A stretch of 64,000 nucleotides of DNA, taken from positions 38,528,001 to 38,592,000 of the forward strand of contig CP068257.2 of assembly GCA_009914755.4 (NCBI GenBank). Direction: 5' to 3'. This DNA is from the human T2T-CHM13v2.0 reference genome, Homo sapiens. The position numbers were made by a program, and so were the translations under genes. Shown piece after piece: positions 41,645 through 53,345 of this stretch; the first letter of the stretch is position 1, and each line of letters begins with the position of its first letter. The notes beneath the pieces are model-generated. The model did not search any database and was not told the origin of the DNA. It saw only the letters and a program-made list of their open reading frames with translations.

Positions 41645-43455
41645 CCACCACGGACAGGAGGGAGGGACAAGAGAAACTGTGGACAGGACGGAGGCACCGG
41701 AGAAACTGTGGACAGCAGAGGCCAACAGAGAAACCGTGGACAGGAGGGAGGTACCAGAGAAACTGTGGACAGGAGGGGCCAGCAGAGAAACCGTGGACAG
41801 AACGGGCCACCAGAGAAACCGTGGACAGGAGGGGGCTACCAGAGAAACCGTGGACAGGGGGGGGTTACCAGAGAAACCGTGGACAGGGGGGGGTTACCAG
41901 AGAAACCGTGGACGGGAGGGGGTTACCAGAGAAACCGTGGACGGGGGGGCTACCAGAGAAACCGTGGACAGGAGGGGGTTACCAGAGAAACCGTGGACGG
42001 GGGGGGGGGGTTACCAGAGAAACCGTGGACGGGGGGGGGGGGTTACCAGAGAAACCGTGGACGGGGGGGCTACCAGAGAAACCGTGGACGGGGGGGGCTA
42101 CCAGAGAAACCGTGGACGGGGGGGGGGTTACCAGAGAAACCGTGGACGGGGGGGGGGTTACCAGAGAAACCGTGGACGGGGGGGGGGCCACCAGAGAAAC
42201 CGTGGACGGGGGGGGGTTACCAGAGAAACCGTGGACGGGGGGGCTACCAGAGAAACCGTGGACGGGGGGGGGTTACCAGAGAAACCGTGGACGGGGGGGG
42301 GTTACCAGAGAAACCGTGGACAGGAGGGGGTTACCAGAGAAACCGTGGACGGGGGGGGTTACCAGAGAAACCGTGGACGGGGGGGGCCAGCAGAGAAACC
42401 GTGGACAGAACGGGCCACCAGAGAAACCGTGGACAGGAGGGGGTTACCAGAGAAACCGTGGACAGGAGGGGGTTACCAGAGAAACCGTGGACAGGAGGGG
42501 GTTACCAGAGAAACCGTGGACAGAACGGGCCACCAGAGAAACCGTGGACAGGAGGGGGGTACCAGAGAAACCGTGGACGGGGGGGGTTACCAGAGAAACC
42601 GTGGACAGAACGGGCCACCAGAGAAACCGTGGACAGGAGGGGGGTACCAGAGAAACCGTGGACGGGGGGGGTTACCAGAGAAACCGTGGACAGAACGGGC
42701 CACCAGAGAAACCGTGGACAGGAGGGGGGTACCAGAGAAACCGTGGACAGGAGGGGGTTACCAGAGAAACCGTGGACGGGGGGGCTACCAGAGAAACCGT
42801 GGACGGGGGGGGGTTACCAGAGAAACCGTGGACGGGGGGGGGTTACCAGAGAAACCGTGGACAGGAGGGGGTTACCAGAGAAACCGTGGACGGGGGGGGT
42901 TACCAGAGAAACCGTGGACGGGGGGGGCCAGCAGAGAAACCGTGGACAGAACGGGCCACCAGAGAAACCGTGGACAGGAGGGGGTTACCAGAGAAACCGT
43001 GGACAGGAGGGGGTTACCAGAGAAACCGTGGACGGGGGGGGTTACCAGAGAAACCGTGGACAGAACGGGCCACCAGAGAAACCGTGGACAGGAGGGGGGT
43101 ACCAGAGAAACCGTGGACGGGAGGGGGTTACCAGAGAAACCGTGGACAGGAGGGGGTTACCAGAGAAACCGTGGACGGGGGGGCTACCAGAGAAACCGTG
43201 GACAGGAGGGGGCTACCAGAGAAACCGTGGACAGGAGGGGGCTACCAGAGAAACCGTGGACGGGGGGGGCCACCAGAGAAACCGTGGACGGGGGGGCTAC
43301 CAGAGAAACCGTGGACGGGGGGGGGTTACCAGAGAAACCGTGGACGGGGGGGGTTACCAGAGAAACCGTGGACGGGGGGGGCCACCAGAGAAACCGTGGA
43401 CGGGGGGGGTTACCAGAGAAACCGTGGACAGGAGAGGCAACAAGAGAACCTGCGG
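41645..43455. repeat. G-rich minisatellite/VNTR of about 1.8 kb, about 60 copies of a 28-30-bp unit ACCAGAGAAACCGTGGAC(A/G)GG(A)G(n)TT with G-runs of 5-12
   Basis: Direct reading shows the unit ..CCAGAGAAACCGTGGACAGGAGGGGGTTACCAGAGAAACCGTGGACGGGGGGGGTTA.. repeated head to tail. Variants are GCCACCAGAGAAACCGTGGACAGAACGG and ..GGGGGGCTACC... The array decays into diverged copies at both edges (41645-41800 and 43430-43470). It causes stop-free ORFs in all three plus-strand frames in the track (749/658/555 aa). Confidence 0.95.
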
Positions 43456-46400
43456 ACAGGAGATGGCCCCCACAGGAACAGACTCTGAAGGGCAGGCTGC
43501 CTTCCAAGGAAGGGAATAAAGGGAGGCAACAAACTGCAGACGAATCTGCTGGAGGTCCCCAGACAATATGCTCGAAGGGATGTTAAAGGTGGCCTTGGGT
43601 CCTTGTAGGGGAGAAGCAGTAGTCCCTGGGAATCAGAAAATATGGCAACCAAGGCAACCTGTGTAATTGCCACCTATGGGAGAAGAAGAATGTTCCAGAT
43701 AAGGAAGGGACAGCTTCACTGTGCCTGTGCCCGCTCAGATGACGCCTCTGGTGCTGCCACTGGGCATGACCAGAGTTAGGGGGGCAGGAGATGATGACAG
43801 GAGATACAATAACAAGGACTTGGGGTGTTCAGTGTTTCCTGGAAAAGAGTAAACCAAGGAAAGTCATCTGTTGTCAAATCCTGGGAGGACTGTCATTTGG
43901 CCAAAGGGTTAAGAGGTGGGAGGAGAGACACTGGATCCAGGAAGGTCTATTTTGGTGCAATAAATGTAAGAACTTGTAGCAGTCACAGCTGGCCAAAGGC
44001 AGAGCTGTGCTCCCTGGGTTAGTGAGTTTCTGTTTCTCGGATTGTTCAAGCATAGAGTGAATGGTCACTTGCAGAAGTTCTTTCTGTTACGAATGTGAAG
44101 TACTTTAATACATTGGTTATATGCTGCTTTCTTTGAAAATTAATGAAAAGGAAAGGAAAACTTTTGGGGGGATAATTTCACCGTTGCCTAAAACAGATGT
44201 TGAGAGTCAACAATTTGACTAATGGTTATTATGAGTCTCGTATACATGTCAGGCACTATGAGGGGCACAGGGACATAGCATAAGGTTTGTCAGAGACAAT
44301 TCCAGCCCTCAGGGCTCACTATGGCCCATAGGGGGACAACTGTTCAGTGGGGTGCAGATAGTAAATTAATAGTCACAAGCCCACCAAGTGTTCCAAGACA
44401 TGCTATGAATAGTGAAGGGGAATAGGTAGTCAGGGAAGGCTTCCTGGAAGAAGTGACATTTAGGCTGTTATTAATACTTGAAGGATCAGTTTTCTATGTA
44501 CTCAGTCTAAAACTACACTCACTTAAATTATGGTTGTAATTTTTATACACCAAAAATTTCTGGAGGAAGAAACTAATACATGAAAAATCTGACTAACACA
44601 ACTCGTACAGCAGTGAGTACAGGTGCTATCTACTCTCAGCACAGCTCCTTCCTCCCAGGGCTTCCAAACTGAAAGTAATTGAAGTTCTGTAGGGTCCTGG
44701 TAGAGACCTTGGTCATGGACTTGGATCTGCTTGTCCTGTGGGCTTTTCTCCTGGGACCCATGCTGCCCCTTAAAATGACTTGCTCCAGGGCTACATAAAC
44801 ATCTTAGCCACACCACTGGCCCTGTCTCTGGTTGAAGTAGGGCATGAAGGATGGAAAAGAGTATCCCTCAATCCCGCCTGTACTCAGCTTTATAGACAAG
44901 GAGCTTTCCTGCTTTGGTTATATAAACCATGATCAATTTATACATTTAAAGATGCTGTTGATAATAATGATTCTTAGATTTCAATTGCATGTAAATTAAT
45001 GCAATAAACATTTACAGTATGCTCTTCACTTGACATTGTGCTGGGTGCTGGGGATCCCAGGACACAGAGAACCAGAGTCCCTGCCTTTGGGAAACTCCTG
45101 GGTAAGAGTAGGGAGATAGTGAGGACACTTAGATGCTGAGTAAGTAGTTTAACACAGAGGGTTTTAGAGGCATTTTACTCCTAAGTATTTTCCTGCATGC
45201 TGGAGCAATCTACAAGCTACCACCTATTAGATGTTGAGTATGCTCCAGACAACGAGGAAGGCGTTTTCAATGTCTTCCCTTCTTAGAGTTCACCAATTTC
45301 CATTGAGTGTCTCCACATGTTGGGTGCGGTGCTGGGTGTTGGAGAAATGAGCTGGGTGAAAATAGACCTACTAGGTGCAGGGAGCCCCCAAGGAGCCTCT
45401 AGCGTGGTGGAGGTGAAATGCATTAATCAGCATATTTGTCAGTAATCATAGAGATACATATATAGTGACCCATAATGCCACCTGCCCAGATTGAAAGGGA
45501 GAAGGAGCTGGGTGAGCACCTGAGAATTGAGATCTATGGAGGGGGTAGTAACTGGGTGGCTCAGGGAAGGGAGGACTCCAGGCAGAGGGCAGCTGGTGGC
45601 CTTTGTGGTCTCCTTGCCAGTCCTTTGAGGTGGATGCAGCAGTGCCCACTTCACAGGTGAGATGCGCAAGCGAGGGTGCAGAGCTGGTGCAACGCAGGCC
45701 CAGCAGCGAATCCCACACAGGCTGGGTCCCAAATCACTGAGCCCAGGCCTGCCACCAGCATCCGGCAATGCCCGCTCCTCCATGAGGACAGGGGAGGTCC
45801 TGGGCTGCTCCAGTAGGAGAGGTCTCCTGTGTGCTCCCGCACCAACAGCATGGGCAGCCTGCAGCCCCATAGCCAGTGCGCAGCCAGTGAGATAAAGGGC
45901 TGTCCCTGTCCCCACGGTGCTCACTGCATCTGTCTGAGCTCTCATCACTGTCACTAAGTTCCAGGACAGTTTCTGCTCAAATGTGCCTGCCTCACCTAAG
46001 AAGCATTTGCTTCACTTCAAGACCTGTATACATGAACTTGTAAGAAAGGCAAGGTCAGCCTCTCCTCCCTGGGCCCTTGGGAAACCTGTTGGTCCTAGTC
46101 CCCAAAAGATGCTTGTTCAGCTCAGCACTGTCTTGGGTGAGCCCCCCAGGTCACTGTGCCTCACCCCTGAGCCCAGGGCCCTGGCTCTGCAGCATTTCTT
46201 GGCTACGGTGAGACTTGCAGTCCAATCAACCCCGGAAGGCCCTTCCTCAGACTTTGTGTAAGTGACACCTCACTTCTAGGCCCCCAGTTGCAACTCAGAG
46301 GCCGATGACCTGAGCCATTCCATCTTTCCTCATGTGCATTTCCAACCCAGCAGTCACAGATACTACTTTTCAAAACACTATTTTTTGTTTTGATCCATAT

Positions 46401-47356
46401 CTTCTCAATCTTCAAATTCTGTTCTCCTGAATTCCCGAAGAGTCACCCCTCGGCTTGCCTTTGCAGTCACCATTTCCTGGCTCTGTTCCTGGCTTGCTCT
46501 TGCTGAAACATTTCCTCACTCCTGACCTGTGGTTCCCAGCTGCCTTGAGCTTGATTTTTTACTACAGCTTTAGTGCCAAAGATATTAGATGGGTCACAAC
46601 TGGGTAATCTGAAATAACGTGCGGTATCCAGGAAGTGAAAAATAAAGCTGCTTTTGCGGCCTAGAAGGATTTTATTAACCCTTCCCATGCTGGTGGTGCT
46701 CGAATTCCTCATATCTTTTATGAGACACAGTAAAAATTCTGACTAGAGGCCACTGTGGTGGTATTCTACCCTCGCCCAATGCATCATAAAGTTCAAAATG
46801 GCCCGGGCATTGTTCCTTGAAGGCAATGAATGGGCACACCTGCAGCGGCCCTGGCAGCAGGGTCAGTTTTATTTATGGGCTCTGGGCCGAGTGGTCCTGG
46901 GTGCAGCAGCCAGTGTCGCCGATGGTCCCTGAGCATTTCCAGGAGGTTGCTCCAGAGTGAATTTTCCTTTTTCTGCACCAACCACCACTGCACAGTTTAT
47001 CCGACCAACACCAAGCACAGCTTGAGCTCAACGCTCTGGGTGCAGGACATGGGCTCAGGCTCTACAAAAGTCACCCAGCTCGGGAAACGGGAAGTGAAGG
47101 GAGCAGGTGAAATAGAAAAGGTCATGGTGGGGGCCTGTCTCCATCAGCCACTGCCCACATGCCAACAGGAAGCTGCAATATCAAGGAGTCCAGCAGGAAG
47201 CAAGACTGAAGTCTGGGCTGGCTAAAAAAGAAAGAAGCAGAGCTGAGCCTCAACACGAAACTCCACTCCCACAGCAGAAAGCCAGGATGTGCTTCCAGCA
47301 AGGAGACTGGGGGAAGTGGTGCCCTCTGAGCTCCTGTGAGCTGAGCTGTGCGCTTA

Positions 47357-47665
<309 letters not shown>

Positions 47666-48179
47666 TTAGACAAGAACAGAAGCTTTTTATTTGGAAGCAT
47701 TTTCTTTTTCCTAATCACATTTTAGGGAAGAGAAATTCCACTTTCCCAAGACTTCCAATTTTCATAGCCCTTAAGAACTGGACCAAGCCTGGAGGATATA
47801 AAATGTCACGATTCTAGTTTGGATCTCTAACTCAAAACATATTTTGGCCCCAAATGTTAAACTTCCCTTTCATTCTGGTCATCTAGTACATGGATTCCTA
47901 AAATTGAGCAAAGAAATTCCACCGCTGTACTTGTGTGCATGTGGCTTGACTGTCATGGGCTTGTCATCTTGACTGGTTCCTCTAAGGGCTTCGTTCCCTG
48001 TTTGGGGGCTTTACTTTGACATAATCCCAGGCACTGCAAAATTCTGCTTTAGCACTGACATTATACATATTCAAAATTTCCTGGGAATTAGGAAGTGTTA
48101 CATGGCAAGTTGAGGACACAGAGATGCCTGAGGCTGAGCATACAGCTCCCATCCTGAAATGACTGTGTTTATTCTCTTA

Positions 48180-48293
<114 letters not shown>

Positions 48294-49264
48294 CTATGTG
48301 TAAAGCAGAAAGAAATTCATCTTTTTCAGTAGGCAAAATGACTTTGAGCCGTAAAGCTCTCTCTCTCCACTCTTTCAGTTCTCCTGCCATGCCAAGCACA
48401 CACATAGGTACACTCACACACACACACACACACTCACAAAACCCCCATTCCTCCAGACTCACATACTAAATCACACACATGCACGTATCCCTCTGAGGAC
48501 AAATTATTTCAGTGTAATTGAAAGTAGGCGGATGGATAGGATTCACGTACATTATCCATGTCAGGTGTAGCTCATTAAATTGGATGTGTAATTTATATAA
48601 GATGTCGTGGTCAGCTTGACATATATCCCACATATACATTTTTTTTTTCATGGTATCCAAAGCAACCATGCCTAAAGAGACAGATTAAATACTGCAGGCA
48701 GGGCTGGGGGCCCGCAAGACTCGCATCAGATTCCTTTTCTAGGAGGATTCCAGGAATGGACCCTTGTCTGAGAGCCAATATAAGCATTTCAAACACAGGG
48801 CTTCCCCACCTCCCCACCCTGTGTGTGCTACAGTATCATCCTCCAACCGCATGACAACAGCACAAACCAGTTCACTGCTCACAGTCCTTTTCTCTAGCTT
48901 TTGTGATCCTCTTTTAACGACAGATTTTTTTTTTATTGTGGATTTTTCCAAAGAAGCAAGATAGTTTTTATGATAATATTTTTGTCCCAAAGCCCATCTC
49001 ATTTTTCTTTTTGCAGGAAGTTAAAACATGCACACAGCATAGGCCATCATTCCTGAAGGATTAACTGTCATTTAAAAACCTTATTTCTCACTTTTTTTTT
49101 TTTTTTACTACATTTGGGTTCCCTGCTGCGTTCATAATAACCCTATTCTTAATAACACTTAGGCTGAAGCACTATTTTTGAAGGCTACTTCACTAATCTC
49201 GCTGTGTGAAAGGGGAGAGAAATAGTGCTTCGTAAATAAATTCCGAAAGATTATCTGCTACTTA

Positions 49265-49570
<306 letters not shown>

Positions 49571-49832
49571 TCAGCAAAGCAGGGTTCTTGATTTTCCCTG
49601 GCAAAACACTCAGGTAAACCATGCTTCAAGAGATATTTCTTCAAAATGAAATTTATTCAAGAAACTGCTGCATGAGAATCTCGAGCAAAATAAAGGAAAG
49701 GCACCAGAAAAATGAAACTTGAGTAAGTGAGCCCTCAGCAGAAATTGCCATGCCGTTTCATATCCACGGCACGTTGCTCTTCCAACCCTGTTGAGGGCTA
49801 TGGCCTATGTCCCTTAGCACACCCAGAATGAT

Positions 49833-50207
49833 TGATATGGGTTGGCTGTGTCCCCACCCAAATCTCATCTGGAATTGTATGCCCATAATTCATTCCCATG
49901 TTTCATGGGAGGAACCTGGTGGGGGGTAATTGAGTCATGGAGGCGGATCTTTCCCATGCTGTTCTCATGATAGTGAGTAAGTCTTATGAGATCTGATGGT
50001 TTTAAAAATGGGATTTTCTCTGCACAAGTGCTCTCTCTTTGCCTGCTGCCAACCATGTAGGATGTGACTTGCTCCTCCTCGCCTTCCATCATGGTCATGA
50101 GGCCTCCCCAGCCACATGGAACTGTAAGTCCATTAAACCTCTTTCTTTTGTAAACAGCCCAGTCTCAGGCATGTCTGTATCAGCAGCATGAAAACGGACT
50201 AATACAA
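49833..50207 (+). mobile_element. Solo THE1-type MaLR LTR (ERVL-MaLR), about 375 bp
   Basis: It starts TGATATGGGTTGGCTGTGTCCCCACCCAAATCTCATCTGGAATTGTATGCCCATAATTC, runs through ...GGAGGCGGATCTTTCCCATGCTGTTCTCATGATAGTGAGTAAGTCTTATGAGATCTGATGGTTTT, and ends ...CAGCATGAAAACGGACTAATACAATG. This matches the recalled THE1 LTR consensus over its full length. Confidence 0.85.
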
Positions 50208-52543
50208 TGATGTTACTGGTTTCTAACTATCATTATAAACAATGGGGATAAAACTTCCACTTTTAGTCAACTTTAGGTGAATCCCTTGTTGCTGCTAACC
50301 AGTCCTTGTAACCACTTTTCACAATGCCCATCTCCCACAGTTGTTATAAACCTTGCAAACCTTTATCAGTCACTGGAGACCTCAAACCTGTCCTTCTTCC
50401 ATAACTTATAGCAGAGAATCTCGTCTCCAATTTACTGAGAAAAGGGAACCCTTTATTTGTGAAGCTTCTCAAGTTTCCTTTTCCCACATCAAAATTAAAA
50501 GAAGTCTAATACATAGACTTCTTTTCTTGGCAATAGATGACAAAAGATCCCACCCCAATTCCACAAGCCACTTATAAATTGTAGACTGCATATGACAAAC
50601 ACCTTTTAAAATGCATACTAAGCTTATCAGAAAGTGAGAGAAAAACCAGAGACCAAACACAAAAGCTGATAGTGAAAAGCCAGAGGTAATATATAATGGC
50701 GGTGCTTTGACTACCTGAGAGGCATGACATTAAATATGAGACCTCCAAAGCCAGGCTCCTCAAAGGGTTCTATCTTGACAGAAAGTATATAACCAAAATA
50801 ATAATAACAATAAATAAAAATCCACAAAGGCAAAGAGAGAAGAAAGCTGCCTCAGCTTGTGTTATATATGTAGAAAAACAATCTCTCCCCTGAGAATTTA
50901 TAAAACTGGCCTGACTCTACATAGGTCTGTAGTCAAATTCATGCTAAAGCTTTAACATGAAGGTGACCGTAATTTGATAATGGCCTGAGGAGCCTAGCAA
51001 AAGCTAACATACTCTAGAAGAATGTGTCCTCTGTCCAGGCCCACTGAAATGCACCCAGATAAAGCCCTGCTGGCCGTGAGCTCACAAACTGAAACTAAAG
51101 AACACATGAGAAAACTAACACCATGATTGAGAACCAGCCTCCCAGGACTTCAGATGATACAGTTGTCAGATACAGACTGCAAAATAACTATGCAAGAATG
51201 TTTAAAGATATTTTAAAAATATGATAAAGGAACAAGATGTTAACAAAAAGGACTAGAAAGGTTTGAAAATTCATCAAAACATAACAACCTTTTTATTTGC
51301 TTTTTATCTCATTTCCCCAATCACAGGAAGAAGCTCCCTTCCCCCATTTCTGAGGTCAAGCTCAGACTACGTACTTGATTGCTTGCCTCGTAAGACTTCC
51401 AAGGTACTTGACCATAGAAACACTGTGGCTTCTTCTAAGACTGGCACATACTGGGTCATGTCTTTTCCCATGGCTTACTAGAGAGGTTTGAGACATATAA
51501 TGAAACGTCAAAATACTACCAGTTCCGTAGCCTGAACACCCACAGAAGAACCTACATTTGGGAGTTTCTCTAGAGTCAGCAGCCATGTGGCAGAGATGTG
51601 CCCCACAGCACTGACCGTGTAATAAGATGGAAAGTAGGCAAATTGGTGACTCAAGAAAGAGGTGCCAAGAGTCCTGCATATCAAGGACAGTTGCTCACAA
51701 CTGTTGTGAAATTCCTTTTCTGGCATTTCTGAGATGCAGCAAAACTGGCTGTACTGTCCCCAGCCTTTGGTTCTGATCCCCCCCTTCCCCTAGCCTATAA
51801 AATAAATAAAAATGTTTATTTTTATTAATAGCTTTATTGTGGTATAATATCCATACCATAAAATTCACCTGTTTTAAGTGTGCAATTCAGTTGTACACTT
51901 AATATTGCATTCGCTTCCTAGAGTGCCTGTAACAAATTACTAGAATCTATGTGGCTTATAATAACAGAAATTTCTTCTCTCACAGTTCTGGAGGCTGGAA
52001 TTCCAAAATCAAGTCGACAACAGAGCCATGCTCCCTCTAAGAGCTCTAGAGGAAGACCCTTCCTTGCCTCTTCCAGCTTCTGGTGGCCCCAGGCATTCCT
52101 TGGCTTGTGGCGGCAAAACTTCAGCTTCTGCCTTATCTTCACATAATTTACATTCTTCTTTGAATGTTTCTGTGTCTTTTCACATGGACTTCTTATGAGG
52201 ATACCAGTCACTGGATTTAGGACCTACCCTAATGCAGTATGATCTCTTCTTAACGAATTATATTTGCAAAGACTCTATTTCCATATAAGGTCATATTCCA
52301 AGGTTCTAAGGGGACATTAATTTTTGGGGATACTATTCAACCCATTACAAATATATTTATATTATCCAGTACATATACATATATACCATTATAACCTGTA
52401 TACAAATATACACAGTTGTATAATCATCACTGAATCAAATCTTAAAGCATTTACATTACCCCAAAAGATTTCTCCTGCCCATTTGCAGTCATTTCTCTTT
52501 TCCCCCTCAAGTTCTAAGCAATCACTAATCTACCTTCTCTCCC

Positions 52544-52923
52544 TGATATGGTTTGGCTGTGTCCCCACCCAACTCTCATCTTGAATTGTAGTTTCCATAA
52601 ATACAATTCGTCTCCCATAGTGTCATGGGAGAGGCCTGGTGGGAGATAATTGAATCATAGGGGTGGTTACCTCCATGCTGGTCTCGTGATAGTGAGTGAG
52701 GTCTCACAAGAGCTAATGGTTTTATGAGGGGCTTTCCGCCCTTTACTCTGCACTTCCCCTTCCTGCCGCCATGTGAAGAAGCATATGTTTGCTTCCCCTT
52801 TCACCATGATTGTAAGTTTCCTGAGGCTTCCCTAGTCGCATAGGACTGTGACTCAGTTAAGCCTCCTTCCTTTATAAATTACCCAGTCTCTGGTATGTCT
52901 TTAAAAGAACAGACTAACACAAT
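52544..52923 (+). mobile_element. Solo THE1/MST-type MaLR LTR, more diverged
   Basis: It starts TGATATGGTTTGGCTGTGTCCCCACCCAACTCTCATCTTGAATTGTAG and ends ...TAAATTACCCAGTCTCTGGTATGTCTTTAAAAGAACAGACTAACACAATA. Its length is about 380 bp. Confidence 0.8.
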
Positions 52924-52929
52924 ACCCGT

Positions 52930-53345
52930 ATTACCTTTTTAGATCATTTTTTATAAATGGAATCATATAGCATGTATTCTTTAGTATCTAGCTTTCTGGA
53001 TTTTTTTCACTAAGCATAATGTTGTCAAGGTTCATCCATGTCATAGCACAGTACTTTGTTCCTTTTTATTGCTAAATGATATTGCAGCACACGGATATAC
53101 TGCATTTTTTTAAATCCACTCACCCACTGATGCACACTGGGGTTGTTTCTACTTTGGGGCTATTATGAGTAATTATACTATAAATATTCCTGTATAAGCT
53201 GTTGTGTGAACAAATGTTTTCATTTTTTTCCAGGAGAGATTCCTAGAAGTGGAACTACTGGGTTATATGGCAATTTCATGTTTAACATTTTGAGAAACTG
53301 CCACACTGTTTGACCAAGTGGCAGCACCATTTTGCACTCTTGTGG
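52930..53345 (+). mobile_element. L1 (older L1P/L1M) ORF2 3'-region fragment, directly abutting the THE1 LTR
   Basis: The sequence ...TGGAATCATATAGCATGT..TTAGTATCTAGCTTTC, GGGCATTTGGGTTGTTTC-like region, GTAATTATACTATAAATATTCCTGTATAAG and GAGAAACTGCCACACTGTTTGACCAAGTGGCAGCACCATTTTGCACTC corresponds to the L1 ORF2 end region (..ATGGCTGCATAGTATTCCAT...CGCCACACTGTCTTCCACAATGG..). Confidence 0.65.

Noticed and set aside
41645-43455. I considered whether the minisatellite unit carries the PRDM9 hotspot 13-mer (CCNCCNTNNCCNC) on the C-rich strand.
   Set aside because: Sliding the motif along CCCCCCCCGTCCACGGTTTCTCTGG gives no register that satisfies all fixed positions, so I make no recombination-hotspot claim.
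41337-43586. Very long plus-strand ORFs (749, 658 and 555 aa) encoding RGG/GGYQRNRGRGG/PEKPWTGGG/TRETVDGG repeats. At first glance these look like an RGG-box RNA-binding or low-complexity protein.
   Set aside because: They arise from the 28-30-bp G-rich minisatellite. The period is not a multiple of 3, so the reading frame rotates every unit. All three forward frames are simultaneously open and carry the same peptide words. There is no start context, no non-repetitive flanking coding sequence and no splice sites. This is the opposite of what selection on a protein repeat would produce.
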